Shown here one piece after another: positions 1-7,859 of a stretch of DNA of 32,000 nucleotides (positions are counted from its first letter, which is position 1; each line of letters starts with the position of its first letter). The notes under the pieces are model-generated. The model worked only from the letters and a program-made list of their open reading frames with translations, was not told the DNA's origin and did no database searches. This stretch comes from Alkanindiges illinoisensis DSM 15370 (GTDB lineage Bacteria; Pseudomonadota; Gammaproteobacteria; Pseudomonadales; Moraxellaceae). Where the stretch lies: positions 640,064-672,063 of the forward strand of contig NZ_JHUX01000003.1 of assembly GCF_000619845.1 (NCBI RefSeq), written 5' to 3'. A program made the translations under genes and the position numbers.

Positions 1-1
1 G

Positions 2-484
2 GCCGGTTTTACCACGGCTGAATTTCAACAGTTGTATGTTGACGGGATTAGTAAGGCTGATATTCCGCAATATGTTAAAAAAGCAATTGATCAGGAAATT
101 GGGCACGTCATCAATAACCTTGATGAAGTGGTTGGCTGGTTTATGGTGAGCGAGGGTTATAGACATATCCGGCAACGGATTAAAATCCTGCCCGAACCAG
201 GTGCACCTGAAGCAGCGGCGGCTGATCTGATGGAGCAGGCCAAGCGGGTAGCGATTAAAAATACCAAGGATGTACCCGTCATTGGCTTAAAATCAGTGGT
301 GATCGGCAGGGATGGTAATAAGCTGTATGAAAACAAGGAATCATTAAAGGCTACGGTGGACTATGCCTACTGGGCAAAACGTCCAAGTATGTGGATTATT
401 GACCTGGAATCGTTTGCCAAGCTGATTCAACAGCCGTGGTACGATTCAACCCAGATTGAAATTGTTGAGGCAAAATACAGATGA
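2..484 (+). CDS. Phage late-region hypothetical protein, 5' end probably outside the window
   Basis: The frame is open from base 2 (AGFTTAEFQQ precedes the TTG at 32). The stop TGA at 482-484 overlaps the next ATG (ATGA coupling). No family recognised. Confidence 0.5.
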   Translation, partial: AGFTTAEFQQLYVDGISKADIPQYVKKAIDQEIGHVINNLDEVVGWFMVSEGYRHIRQRIKILPEPGAPEAAAADLMEQAKRVAIKNTKDVPVIGLKSVVIGRDGNKLYENKESLKATVDYAYWAKRPSMWIIDLESFAKLIQQPWYDSTQIEIVEAKYR

Positions 485-942
485 GCCGCATTACCTACCT
501 AATCCCTGATCGTGCGGCACTGGCTGAGGTGACGGCTGGCATTAAAGCCAGCCTGACCGATAAGGGAATTGAACCAGCCAATATGCCTAAGGTCATTACT
601 GATACATTTTTTCGTAATGCGGCGCGGCTAAGTGCCCGTGATATTGATTTCTGGCTAGGCTTTGGCGGGTATTTGCCAGCGGTTGAATGGGTTATTGCCC
701 AGCAAAGCGGGGAAGGCGAAGAAGAGTTTTATGCCCGCACCCAATATCCTAAAAATGTGGTTGAGGCCTACAGTGTACCTGAGGATGATTTAGCAACCCT
801 TGCAGCTGCTGATCTGTATATGCAGCTTCACCGGGCTACCACACCAGTTGCAACAACAGTCTGGCCATTAAATGAAGAGGAAGGCCAATATATTGACCTT
901 GCCCAGTTTGAGGCGCGGCTCAATGGAACCGTGCGCCTTTAG
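481..942 (+). CDS. Phage hypothetical protein (153 aa)
   Basis: The ATG overlaps the upstream stop and a hairpin terminator follows. No motif recognised. Assigned by context next to the lysis cassette. Confidence 0.5.
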   Translation: MSRITYLIPDRAALAEVTAGIKASLTDKGIEPANMPKVITDTFFRNAARLSARDIDFWLGFGGYLPAVEWVIAQQSGEGEEEFYARTQYPKNVVEAYSVPEDDLATLAAADLYMQLHRATTPVATTVWPLNEEEGQYIDLAQFEARLNGTVRL

Positions 943-964
943 CACAATGTGAGCGAGTAATAAT

Positions 965-992
965 AACCCTGTGCTTAAGCTCAGGGTTTTTT
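965..992 (+). terminator. Rho-independent terminator
   Basis: AACCCTGTGCTTAAGCTCAGGGTT hairpin (AACCCTG/CAGGGTT plus an inner GCTTAAGC palindrome) followed by a T-run, just after the stop at 942. Confidence 0.7.
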
Positions 993-1805
993 ATGACCAA
1001 CAAAACAATCGCGCTGGCCACCCCGGCCAATGCACCAAAGCCCCGATTGCCCAGTAATGACACAGACCCGTTGTATGGCGTAGTTTCCAAACACAAGTTT
1101 GCTGTATTTTCTGAATGTGACAAAGATGGCAACTGGCTTGCAGACTTGCCTATCGTGGCAGCCATGCTTACCGATGGTGATAAAACCATTGAAAGTAATT
1201 ATCAGACCCCATTTGAAAACAGTAACCCAGAACATAAGATGCCAACGCTAATGGCAGCCTTGCAAACCGGTGAGTTGGTTGAGGCTATTGGCAATATTGT
1301 GGGCAGTAATGGGCTGCTACAGGCAGCAACCGATGTGCTGGATCCAGTGACGGGCATGCTTAAAGAATTTGCCAAGTCTGCCGAAGGTAAAACCAACCTG
1401 ACTAAAATCAATACCACTCAGGTTTTTGTGTCCACGGCTTCTATCAGAATTAATTTAAGCCTATTCCTGATTGCCCTAAGAAACCCACTGGTTGAAGTGG
1501 AACATAAAATTGCCCAGCTGGAAGCCTGGTCTTTGCCCAAATATTTATCTAATCGGGGCTTGCTTGAGAATGTGAGCGAGAACGGGCTTGCAGAAGGGAT
1601 TTTCTCAGGGGTGGTACCGCCGTTTATTTCGATTACTTTCCATGGCAAAACCTATGCGCCTTTCGTAATTGAAAGTGTGTCGTCACCGCTTGATGCGCCG
1701 ATTGATGAAAATGGAAACCGCTTAAATCTGGCTTTTAGTGTGAATCTGTTGAGCCGGGCCGCTTGGGATGCCAGTGATATCAAAAAACTGTATGGGATGG
1801 TGTAA
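993..1805 (+). CDS. Phage hypothetical protein (270 aa)
   Basis: Long ORF starting right after the terminator T-run. Its stop abuts the next ATG (TAAATG). No family recognised. Confidence 0.55.
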   Translation: MTNKTIALATPANAPKPRLPSNDTDPLYGVVSKHKFAVFSECDKDGNWLADLPIVAAMLTDGDKTIESNYQTPFENSNPEHKMPTLMAALQTGELVEAIGNIVGSNGLLQAATDVLDPVTGMLKEFAKSAEGKTNLTKINTTQVFVSTASIRINLSLFLIALRNPLVEVEHKIAQLEAWSLPKYLSNRGLLENVSENGLAEGIFSGVVPPFISITFHGKTYAPFVIESVSSPLDAPIDENGNRLNLAFSVNLLSRAAWDASDIKKLYGMV

Positions 1806-2507
1806 ATGCTGACTTTTGATGCAATACCGATAGGTCCTACGACCTATACGCCTCAGGAACTAACCATTAATGATTGCCTGAAAGTAGCTGTTGTTAGCCA
1901 GCAGCTCAATGAAAAGCGCGTGACTGTGTTTTTAAAGGGCATGCTACAGGATGATAAGTTACCCCTGAGTATTACCTGCCAAGAGCGCTATTACTTACTA
2001 ATGAAATACGTGGAAAAGCAAGGCAATTCACTGTTGGCCATTGATATGGACTTATCCGCCTGTTATCTACCACCAGGCATGGAATGGAAAACCCAAATCA
2101 CCCAGAACGGGGTAACAGTACAGCAGCTTAACGGCCGTGGCGCTGAATTCTTGGAGTCAAAATGCAAGAACGCTATTGAATGGCTAGCTTGCATGATGGC
2201 ACTGCAGCTGGCACATGAAAAGCATCCCGAACTGGCGGTTTTACCTGACCTTACCGTTGATGATGCCGCTTTTGAGCAGCAGTTTATGCAACGGCTGGAC
2301 TACATTAAAAAGCTGTCACAAAGCGAATTTGAGTTGTGCTATGAAGATTTTGCACCGCTGAACCAGCAATTATTTTCACTCATTAGTTTGACAGCCAATA
2401 ATAGCGGTCTGGTTATAGAAAGAGGTGCAGATGACGCGCCTGTTCGATTTCGTCCCTCTGCCGCCTTTATCCGACTCATCAAAGAACTGGACCAGTCATT
2501 TAATTGA
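1806..2507 (+). CDS. Phage hypothetical protein (233 aa)
   Basis: ATG directly follows the upstream TAA. No family recognised. Confidence 0.55.
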   Translation: MLTFDAIPIGPTTYTPQELTINDCLKVAVVSQQLNEKRVTVFLKGMLQDDKLPLSITCQERYYLLMKYVEKQGNSLLAIDMDLSACYLPPGMEWKTQITQNGVTVQQLNGRGAEFLESKCKNAIEWLACMMALQLAHEKHPELAVLPDLTVDDAAFEQQFMQRLDYIKKLSQSEFELCYEDFAPLNQQLFSLISLTANNSGLVIERGADDAPVRFRPSAAFIRLIKELDQSFN

Positions 2508-2715
2508 AGTGGCTGATGGTCTGGCTGAACATTGCCCAATGTCCTTAAGTGAAGCCTTAAATCAGCCGATTAGCTTTGAGGCGTTTTATTATGAATCACC
2601 CACATGGGAACAACGTAAAAAAGTGCTTAAGGCAGAAGCTGAAAAACACAACACACTGATTAAAATCGGCAACGCCATCATCAAGGGACTAGGCAATATT
2701 GCCAACAGTCATTAA
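2431..2715 (+). CDS. Phage hypothetical protein (about 94 aa) overlapping the end of the upstream gene in the +1 frame
   Basis: ATG at 2431 is preceded by GAGG (2422-2425); the track start is GTG 2425. It overlaps the 1806-2507 gene by 77 nt. No family recognised. Confidence 0.4.
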   Translation: MTRLFDFVPLPPLSDSSKNWTSHLIEVADGLAEHCPMSLSEALNQPISFEAFYYESPTWEQRKKVLKAEAEKHNTLIKIGNAIIKGLGNIANSH

Positions 2716-2837
2716 CCCTTACTTACTCAAGTTTACCAATTTACCTATTGGAACCTCCCTCAAAACCTAAAAAGCCCCTTCTGCATAATGAAGCCTCAAA
2801 GCAGGACGTCATAACAGCAGGGGTATAGGTTTTCATC

Positions 2838-3092
2838 ATGACTGATAGTTCAAGTGTTATAGCCGCTAGTACATCGGTTGCGAATAAAGCTACCTATACC
2901 GGTGCTGCGACAGGGGTTTTAGGCTGGCTTACCCAGATTGATTTGTTGAGTGCCATGGGTGTGATTCTGGCAATCATCGGCTTTCTATGCAATTTGTACT
3001 TTCAAATTCGCCGTGACAAGCGAGAGGAAATTGAAAGTGCAGCCCGCCTACGGATCATTGAAAAACAGAATCAGGTAGATAAGCATGAGTAA
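2838..3092 (+). CDS. Putative holin
   Basis: 84 aa with two hydrophobic segments (ATGVLGWLTQIDLL, AMGVILAIIGFLCNLYF) and a highly charged C-terminus (RRDKREEIESAARLR). Its stop overlaps the endolysin start (ATGAGTAA). Confidence 0.6.
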   Translation: MTDSSSVIAASTSVANKATYTGAATGVLGWLTQIDLLSAMGVILAIIGFLCNLYFQIRRDKREEIESAARLRIIEKQNQVDKHE

Positions 3093-3588
3093 GCGTATTT
3101 TAATAACTAGTCTTATATTGAGCGCAGCAGCTTTTGTGGGGGTAGTCCGACAGGAAGGCTACACTGAAGATGCAAAAGTACCCGTTAAGGGGGATGTGCC
3201 GACTTATGGTTTTGGAACAACCATTAAGCAAAATGGCCAGCCGGTAAAGCTCGGTGATCGAACCACGCCCGTCAAGGCCGTTGAAGATGCCTATGCCCAT
3301 CTCAGCAAGGATGAAAAGTTATTCAAGGCTTCATTGCCTAATGTGCTATTAAGTCAGGGTGAATACGATACCTACCTTGATTTTACCTATCAGTACGGCA
3401 TGGCAACCTGGAATAAATCATCAATGCGCCGTGAAATTTTGAACGGTAATTACCGCGCAGCCTGTGATGCCTTACTGAAATACCGTTATGTGGCTGGCCG
3501 GGATTGTTCCATCAAGTCCAGTAACTGCATGGGGGTATGGACCCGCCAGAAAGAGCGTCATGTGAAATGCATTGGTGCAGATGGCTAA
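3085..3588 (+). CDS. Phage endolysin, GH24 lysozyme family, with an N-terminal signal-anchor-like (SAR-type) segment
   Basis: N-terminal ILITSLILSAAAFVGVV, then an EGY...GDVPTYGFGTT catalytic region. The C-terminal GNYRAACDALLKYRYVAG...MGVWTRQKERHVKC resembles phage 21 R-type lysozymes (GDIKGACDQLRRWTYAGG...GLMTRREIEREVC, recalled from memory). Confidence 0.85.
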   Translation: MSKRILITSLILSAAAFVGVVRQEGYTEDAKVPVKGDVPTYGFGTTIKQNGQPVKLGDRTTPVKAVEDAYAHLSKDEKLFKASLPNVLLSQGEYDTYLDFTYQYGMATWNKSSMRREILNGNYRAACDALLKYRYVAGRDCSIKSSNCMGVWTRQKERHVKCIGADG

Positions 3589-3618
3589 GTTATTGGTGAG
3601 TTAAATTCAATTGTTAAG

Positions 3619-3646
3619 AAGCCCCTTGTAAGGGGCTTTTTCTTTA
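3619..3646 (+). terminator. Rho-independent terminator after the lysis cassette
   Basis: AAGCCCC-TTGTAA-GGGGCTT hairpin followed by TTTTCTTT. Confidence 0.75.
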
Positions 3647-3677
3647 TAATAATTAAATTTTATTCTAAATATTAATT

Positions 3678-4211
3678 ATGACCTTAGATCAAAAATTAGC
3701 ATTAGCTAATGTTATTGGTACGTGGCTTGCCAGTATTGGAACAATTGCTGCTGTAATTGTTTCCTTATGGCTAGTTAGAAGAACTGGAAGGATTCAACTT
3801 AAGATTGAAAGTACAACAGCACTTATATGTCCAGATGGTCGTATGGTTCGCTGTATCGTTATTTCTGTAACCAATCTTGGGGATAGAACAGTTACTATCA
3901 CTAATATTCGGTGGAAAATTGGAAAAGGTAAATCGTTAACTGAAAACCTCCAATTTTTTAGTTTAAGTTTAGGATCGACTCAATTTCCAACAGAGTTAGA
4001 GCATGGTAAAAGTGGACACTACTTTTTAGAGTTGTTCAGGGAGGATGAACATAATTGGGAGCAACCATTTATTTTAGGTTTTGTTAAAGACTTATCACCT
4101 AAGCATCTTGATACTTTAAGGATTGAAATTAAAACTTCAATCGGGCAAATGGTTCAAGTCAGACCAGGGAAACAAGTACTAGAATTTATAAAAAACCATA
4201 AATTTAATTAA
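3678..4211 (+). CDS. Membrane-anchored hypothetical protein (moron-like cargo gene)
   Basis: 177 aa with a single N-terminal TM ([27 protein letters not shown]). It is much more AT-rich than its flanks and sits after a terminator behind its own AT-rich upstream region. Its stop overlaps the umuC stop in a TTAATTAA palindrome. Confidence 0.5.
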   Translation: MTLDQKLALANVIGTWLASIGTIAAVIVSLWLVRRTGRIQLKIESTTALICPDGRMVRCIVISVTNLGDRTVTITNIRWKIGKGKSLTENLQFFSLSLGSTQFPTELEHGKSGHYFLELFREDEHNWEQPFILGFVKDLSPKHLDTLRIEIKTSIGQMVQVRPGKQVLEFIKNHKFN

Positions 4212-5496
4212 CCCTTAAAATATCATTCCAGCTCGTTAAGTAGCTGGGTGATTTTCTGGTTTGTGCCATGGACCAGTTTCTATCCTTAAAGGTGCATGAT
4301 CCAATCGATACCGCATCACGGCCAAACTTGTTATTGATTTCATCAAGGGTAATGGTCAGCAGCTTGCGCTCCTGGATCTTGTCGTGGTCGGCCAGCAGGT
4401 CAGGCAGATATTTACTGTCCGGCACAATATTCATCAGGATGACACCTGCATGCTTGTATTGCATGTTGGGTTTGAATATTTGCTCCAGCCCATGCATTAC
4501 AGCCTTGTTAATCAGTAACCGGTCATCGGTGGCGTAGCTTAGGCTAACAATAATATAGGGGTGATAGTAGGGCTTTTGAAAGCGGCTGGTCTTGATGGTG
4601 ATGCCAATGCTGGCACACAGCAGGTTCTGGCTGCGTAAGCGGTCAATTGCCCGCAAAACAAACAGGGTTAATGCTTCACGAAGGTCATCAATTTTTGTTA
4701 CCGGCTTGCCAAATGACCGGCTACTGATGATCTGTTTTTTATCCGGGACAGTGTGCTCAATTTCAATACAGGCAATCCCCTGTAGCTCCAGTACCGTTCG
4801 CTCCATCACCACGCTAAAGTGCTGGCGAATAAACTTGGGACTACTTAGGGTCAGGTCAAGCGCATTTAGGATATTTAGGCTGGCCAGCTTCTTGGTATGC
4901 TGGCGGCCAACGCCCCACACTTCGGATACGTCCAGGCTTTGCAACATGAATTCAAGGATTAGCGGGTCTAAATCCAGAAGGTTACACACGCCATTAAAGG
5001 CCGGATTTTTCTTGGCAAAATGGTTGGCCAGTTTAGCCTGGGTTTTACTATGGCCAATACCCACGCACACTGGAAGGCCAATCCACTTGGCAATGGTCTG
5101 GCGCATTTGCTGGGCATAATCTGCCAGATTAAACAGGTGGCTATAATCGGTCAGCTCTAAAAAGCATTCATCAATCGAATAGATTTCCTGTTCCTGTGGG
5201 CCAACAAACTGCCCAAGGATCGCCATAAACCGTTTTGACATTTCGGCATATAAAGCGTAGTTACTCGACATCACCACCACGTCATGCTGCTTGATCAGGT
5301 CGCGCACCTCAAATAACGGCATACCCATCTTGATGCCTAAGGCCTTGGCTTCAGCAGAGCGTGCAACAATACAGCCATCATTGTTGGATAGAACAACGAC
5401 CGGCCTATTATTTAAGGCGGGGTTAAAAACACGCTCACAGCTCACATAGCAGTTGTTGACATCAACCAGGGCAAAGATGCGGCTACAGGGCTGCAT
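4204..5496 (-). CDS. umuC: DNA polymerase V catalytic subunit UmuC (Y-family polymerase)
   Basis: N-terminus [52 protein letters not shown] is the UmuC/Y-family signature. It is 430 aa and lies directly downstream of umuD. Confidence 0.9.
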   Translation of the reverse strand: MQPCSRIFALVDVNNCYVSCERVFNPALNNRPVVVLSNNDGCIVARSAEAKALGIKMGMPLFEVRDLIKQHDVVVMSSNYALYAEMSKRFMAILGQFVGPQEQEIYSIDECFLELTDYSHLFNLADYAQQMRQTIAKWIGLPVCVGIGHSKTQAKLANHFAKKNPAFNGVCNLLDLDPLILEFMLQSLDVSEVWGVGRQHTKKLASLNILNALDLTLSSPKFIRQHFSVVMERTVLELQGIACIEIEHTVPDKKQIISSRSFGKPVTKIDDLREALTLFVLRAIDRLRSQNLLCASIGITIKTSRFQKPYYHPYIIVSLSYATDDRLLINKAVMHGLEQIFKPNMQYKHAGVILMNIVPDSKYLPDLLADHDKIQERKLLTITLDEINNKFGRDAVSIGSCTFKDRNWSMAQTRKSPSYLTSWNDILRVN

Positions 5497-5499
5497 ACT

Positions 5500-6111
5500 T
5501 TAACGGCCGCGCATGCATTTAAGGTTATAGACCACCACGCCCCAGATGGTCCATTCATCATTTTCGGCTGGGTAAATGTTGCTGTATTCAGGGTTTTCGG
5601 CCTTTAGCCAGACTTTGGCCGGGGTAAACTGGCTTTCAATCATCAGCCGCTTAACCGTATATTCATTATTAATACAGGCGACGATAATATCGCGGTGCTT
5701 AGCTTCAAGGCTGCGGTCTACCACCAGCTCGTCATCTACATCAATACCAGCATTCAACATGGATTTTGAGGCCACCCGCACGATAAAGGTTGCGCTCTGG
5801 TTATGAATAATATGCTGGTTGAGGTCTATACCGCGTTCGATATGGTCATTGGCCGGTGAGGGGAAACCAGCAGCGACCTTTTCAAGCGCCACTGGGATGT
5901 TATAAGTGGTCTGGGCATAGAGTGGCTTAAAGTCCAGCTTTTTAACCAGATCAGACTTAGTGCCATTAGGCGGATTGAACAGCAGCCAGTTGGTGATCAG
6001 GTTTACCTGTGATTCAGGCACCCGGATTAATACCGATTTTTCACCATAGAGTGATTTTCGGCCCGCGTTTTTTCGTGCGCCACCACGTTTCTCCAGTTGA
6101 TCGGTCATCAT
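5500..6111 (-). CDS. umuD: Long UmuD-type S24 peptidase (UmuDAb-like, with a roughly 80 aa N-terminal extension)
   Basis: Cleavage-site region VAAGFPSPANDHIERGIDLNQ, catalytic Ser in ASKSM and Lys in YTVKRL. The N-terminal extension carries GGARKNAGRK...VLIRVPES. I prefer the ATGATG start at 6111 (203 aa) because a 20-bp palindrome occupies 6116-6135; the track start is 6144. Confidence 0.85.
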   Translation of the reverse strand: MMTDQLEKRGGARKNAGRKSLYGEKSVLIRVPESQVNLITNWLLFNPPNGTKSDLVKKLDFKPLYAQTTYNIPVALEKVAAGFPSPANDHIERGIDLNQHIIHNQSATFIVRVASKSMLNAGIDVDDELVVDRSLEAKHRDIIVACINNEYTVKRLMIESQFTPAKVWLKAENPEYSNIYPAENDEWTIWGVVVYNLKCMRGR

Positions 6112-6115
6112 ATTT

Positions 6116-6135
6116 TTGATTTTGTACAAATTCAA
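6116..6135. promoter_or_regulatory. 20-bp near-perfect palindrome, candidate operator of umuDC
   Basis: TTGATTTTGTACAAATTCAA: the half-sites differ at one position and are centred on GTAC. It lies 5 nt upstream of the preferred umuD start. Confidence 0.4.
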
Positions 6136-6217
6136 AAATAGCATAAGCCAACAGTAAAATTTAATTCAAGTCAGTTTTATTGATAAAGTGAATTAATCCG
6201 ATGAAACAACAGTGCTT

Positions 6218-6418
6218 TTACAGGCCTGTCAGTTTGCCCAGGAACATAAGTAGCAGGCAAATGCCCAGTGCTGTGCCGACCATCAAAGCATAAAATTGCA
6301 CTGAAGCTTTCCAGTCCACGGTATTGTAAGTGCCACACTTATAGCAAACCTTGCTGAAGTCATGCAGGTTACGTCGGCAGCCGGTGCACGTGGTTTTATA
6401 GAGTGGCCGGAGTTTCAT
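6218..6418 (-). CDS. Small zinc-ribbon membrane protein
   Basis: CTGC-x12-CYKC zinc-ribbon spacing followed by a C-terminal TM (FYALMVGTALGICLLLMFLG). Same strand as umuD and upstream of it. Confidence 0.45.
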   Translation of the reverse strand: MKLRPLYKTTCTGCRRNLHDFSKVCYKCGTYNTVDWKASVQFYALMVGTALGICLLLMFLGKLTGL

Positions 6419-6430
6419 TATTTTGAATAA

Positions 6431-6601
6431 TCAATCCGGCTCAAAATTTATCATTGAATCAGCTTTTACCCTAATTTCTTTTAGGTTCAGGATCTTGATG
6501 TTCTGGTCCAGCTGATTTTCATCAATATCATCGACTTGCAATAATTGGAGTGAGCGTTTAAGGGCCTCTAGTTTTTCTGATTTAGCATTTTTAGTTGTCA
6601 T
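6431..6601 (-). CDS. Small hypothetical protein (56 aa from the preferred start)
   Basis: ATG at 6601 is preceded by AAGGAAAACTATT (good SD). The track start at 6625 lacks one. No family recognised. Confidence 0.4.
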   Translation of the reverse strand: MTTKNAKSEKLEALKRSLQLLQVDDIDENQLDQNIKILNLKEIRVKADSMINFEPD

Positions 6602-6695
6602 AATAGTTTTCCTTAAAAATTGCATTTATAGCCAGTTTGCGCAATTCCGCAAGTTATCACTTGTAAATCATTTTATAGAAGAGTTTCCAAAAATG

Positions 6696-6719
6696 AAAAG
6701 CCCGTAAAATCGAGCTTTT
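6696..6719 (-). terminator. Hairpin terminator downstream of the lipoprotein pair
   Basis: AAAAGCCCG-TAAAAT-CGAGCTTTT with A/T runs on both sides, lying 16 nt from the stop at 6735. Confidence 0.5.
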
Positions 6720-6734
6720 TATATTTTTATTTTG

Positions 6735-7109
6735 TCAAAAGACAGCAGCCTTGATAGCAGTATAAGTCTTACTATCTGCTGTTAGCATGGCTTTACGCCC
6801 ATCTTTCAACACAACAATGAAAGTTATATCTTTGCCGCGGCCACCTAATACTAAACCAGCTAATAGGCCAACAGGACCTAGAAGAACTACACCTGCTGTT
6901 CCCCATCCAGCAGCACCGCCCAAGCGAACAGCTGCTTCTTCACTGGCCAGCTCAACAGTTTGGATCATCTCTTTAGTGATTTTTTCACCACGTGGTTGCC
7001 AACCACTGGTTTTTAAATGCAAGGAACCATAGCCACTGCTGAAAATGGGAGGACTATAGCTTCCCATACCTACAAAATCCCCAGCATGCACTTTAATCAT
7101 AGCAACCAT
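6735..7109 (-). CDS. Hypothetical glycine-zipper membrane protein
   Basis: GGAAGWGTAGVVLLGPVGLLAGLVLGG glycine-zipper hydrophobic segment. It starts 6 nt after the lipoprotein stop, so is probably co-transcribed. Confidence 0.5.
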   Translation of the reverse strand: MVAMIKVHAGDFVGMGSYSPPIFSSGYGSLHLKTSGWQPRGEKITKEMIQTVELASEEAAVRLGGAAGWGTAGVVLLGPVGLLAGLVLGGRGKDITFIVVLKDGRKAMLTADSKTYTAIKAAVF

Positions 7110-7115
7110 AATATT

Positions 7116-7802
7116 TTACTCTTGAGCCATATTAAAATTCTTAATCACTTTGTATTTAATAAACTGGTTAGTCGCCTCAATGACCTCAAGCAATGCACCT
7201 TTATATCCGATAGTTTTGGACTCATTAAGATCATACTCAACATCATTATTAAAAGCAGGCCGGGCAAGGTTGGATGAAAATTCACGATAGCCAACATTAA
7301 TTTTGTTACCTACACGACCGCTATAAATAAGAGTTTGCTGGAATGAGTTCTCAGACAAAGAATCCACTTCTTGATTAACTATTTTTTCTTTTTCTATTTG
7401 GGTGCAATTCTTAGCATTAAAAACAGTAATCACACATAGCTTATTATCGGGTGTTACCATTACGGCTTTATATGGATCAGCAATAGCAGATTTTTGAATA
7501 TTTCCGGCATTTTGAATACCGCCTATACCGTAGTAGACACCATTTGCGTCTTCACCAGTTTTAGGATAGTAACCACCTAACATTGTGTATGCAAAGCTAA
7601 TCCTAATAGGATCACTTAAAAATAAAGCAGTTCTTTTAATGAACTTACCTTGCACAAGCATCTGATCACCTACATAGGCAGTAGCCTCGCTACCAATAGG
7701 GGGCTTACTAATTTGTGTCACTGCTGGTGCATAATTATACTGTGGTGTAGCACAGCCAACTAAACCTACCCCAACTAAAACACTCCATAATAAATTTTTC
7801 AT
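7116..7802 (-). CDS. Hypothetical lipoprotein
   Basis: Signal peptide with a lipobox, MKNLLWSVLVGVGLVGC. 228 aa, no family recognised. Confidence 0.7.
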   Translation of the reverse strand: MKNLLWSVLVGVGLVGCATPQYNYAPAVTQISKPPIGSEATAYVGDQMLVQGKFIKRTALFLSDPIRISFAYTMLGGYYPKTGEDANGVYYGIGGIQNAGNIQKSAIADPYKAVMVTPDNKLCVITVFNAKNCTQIEKEKIVNQEVDSLSENSFQQTLIYSGRVGNKINVGYREFSSNLARPAFNNDVEYDLNESKTIGYKGALLEVIEATNQFIKYKVIKNFNMAQE

Positions 7803-7859
7803 AAATCCATACTCGTTAAAATTATGGATGAAATTTATCAGAGAAAAAGCTAAATCGCC

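Noticed and set aside
1806-2715. Tail assembly chaperone G/GT-type programmed frameshift
   Set aside because: The second frame is offset +1, not -1. No slippery heptamer was seen. The next genes are the holin and endolysin rather than a tape-measure gene. It is kept only as a low-interest overlap observation.
3678-4211. The 177 aa N-terminally anchored protein as the missing i-spanin (Rz)
   Set aside because: A strong terminator and a compositional break separate it from the endolysin. No coiled-coil-like periplasmic region and no partner lipoprotein ORF were found.
4268-5119. Plus-strand ORFs of 89 and 175 aa inside umuC
   Set aside because: These are antisense shadow ORFs of a confidently identified gene. 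Their products are low-complexity and arginine/serine-rich, and they have no SD.
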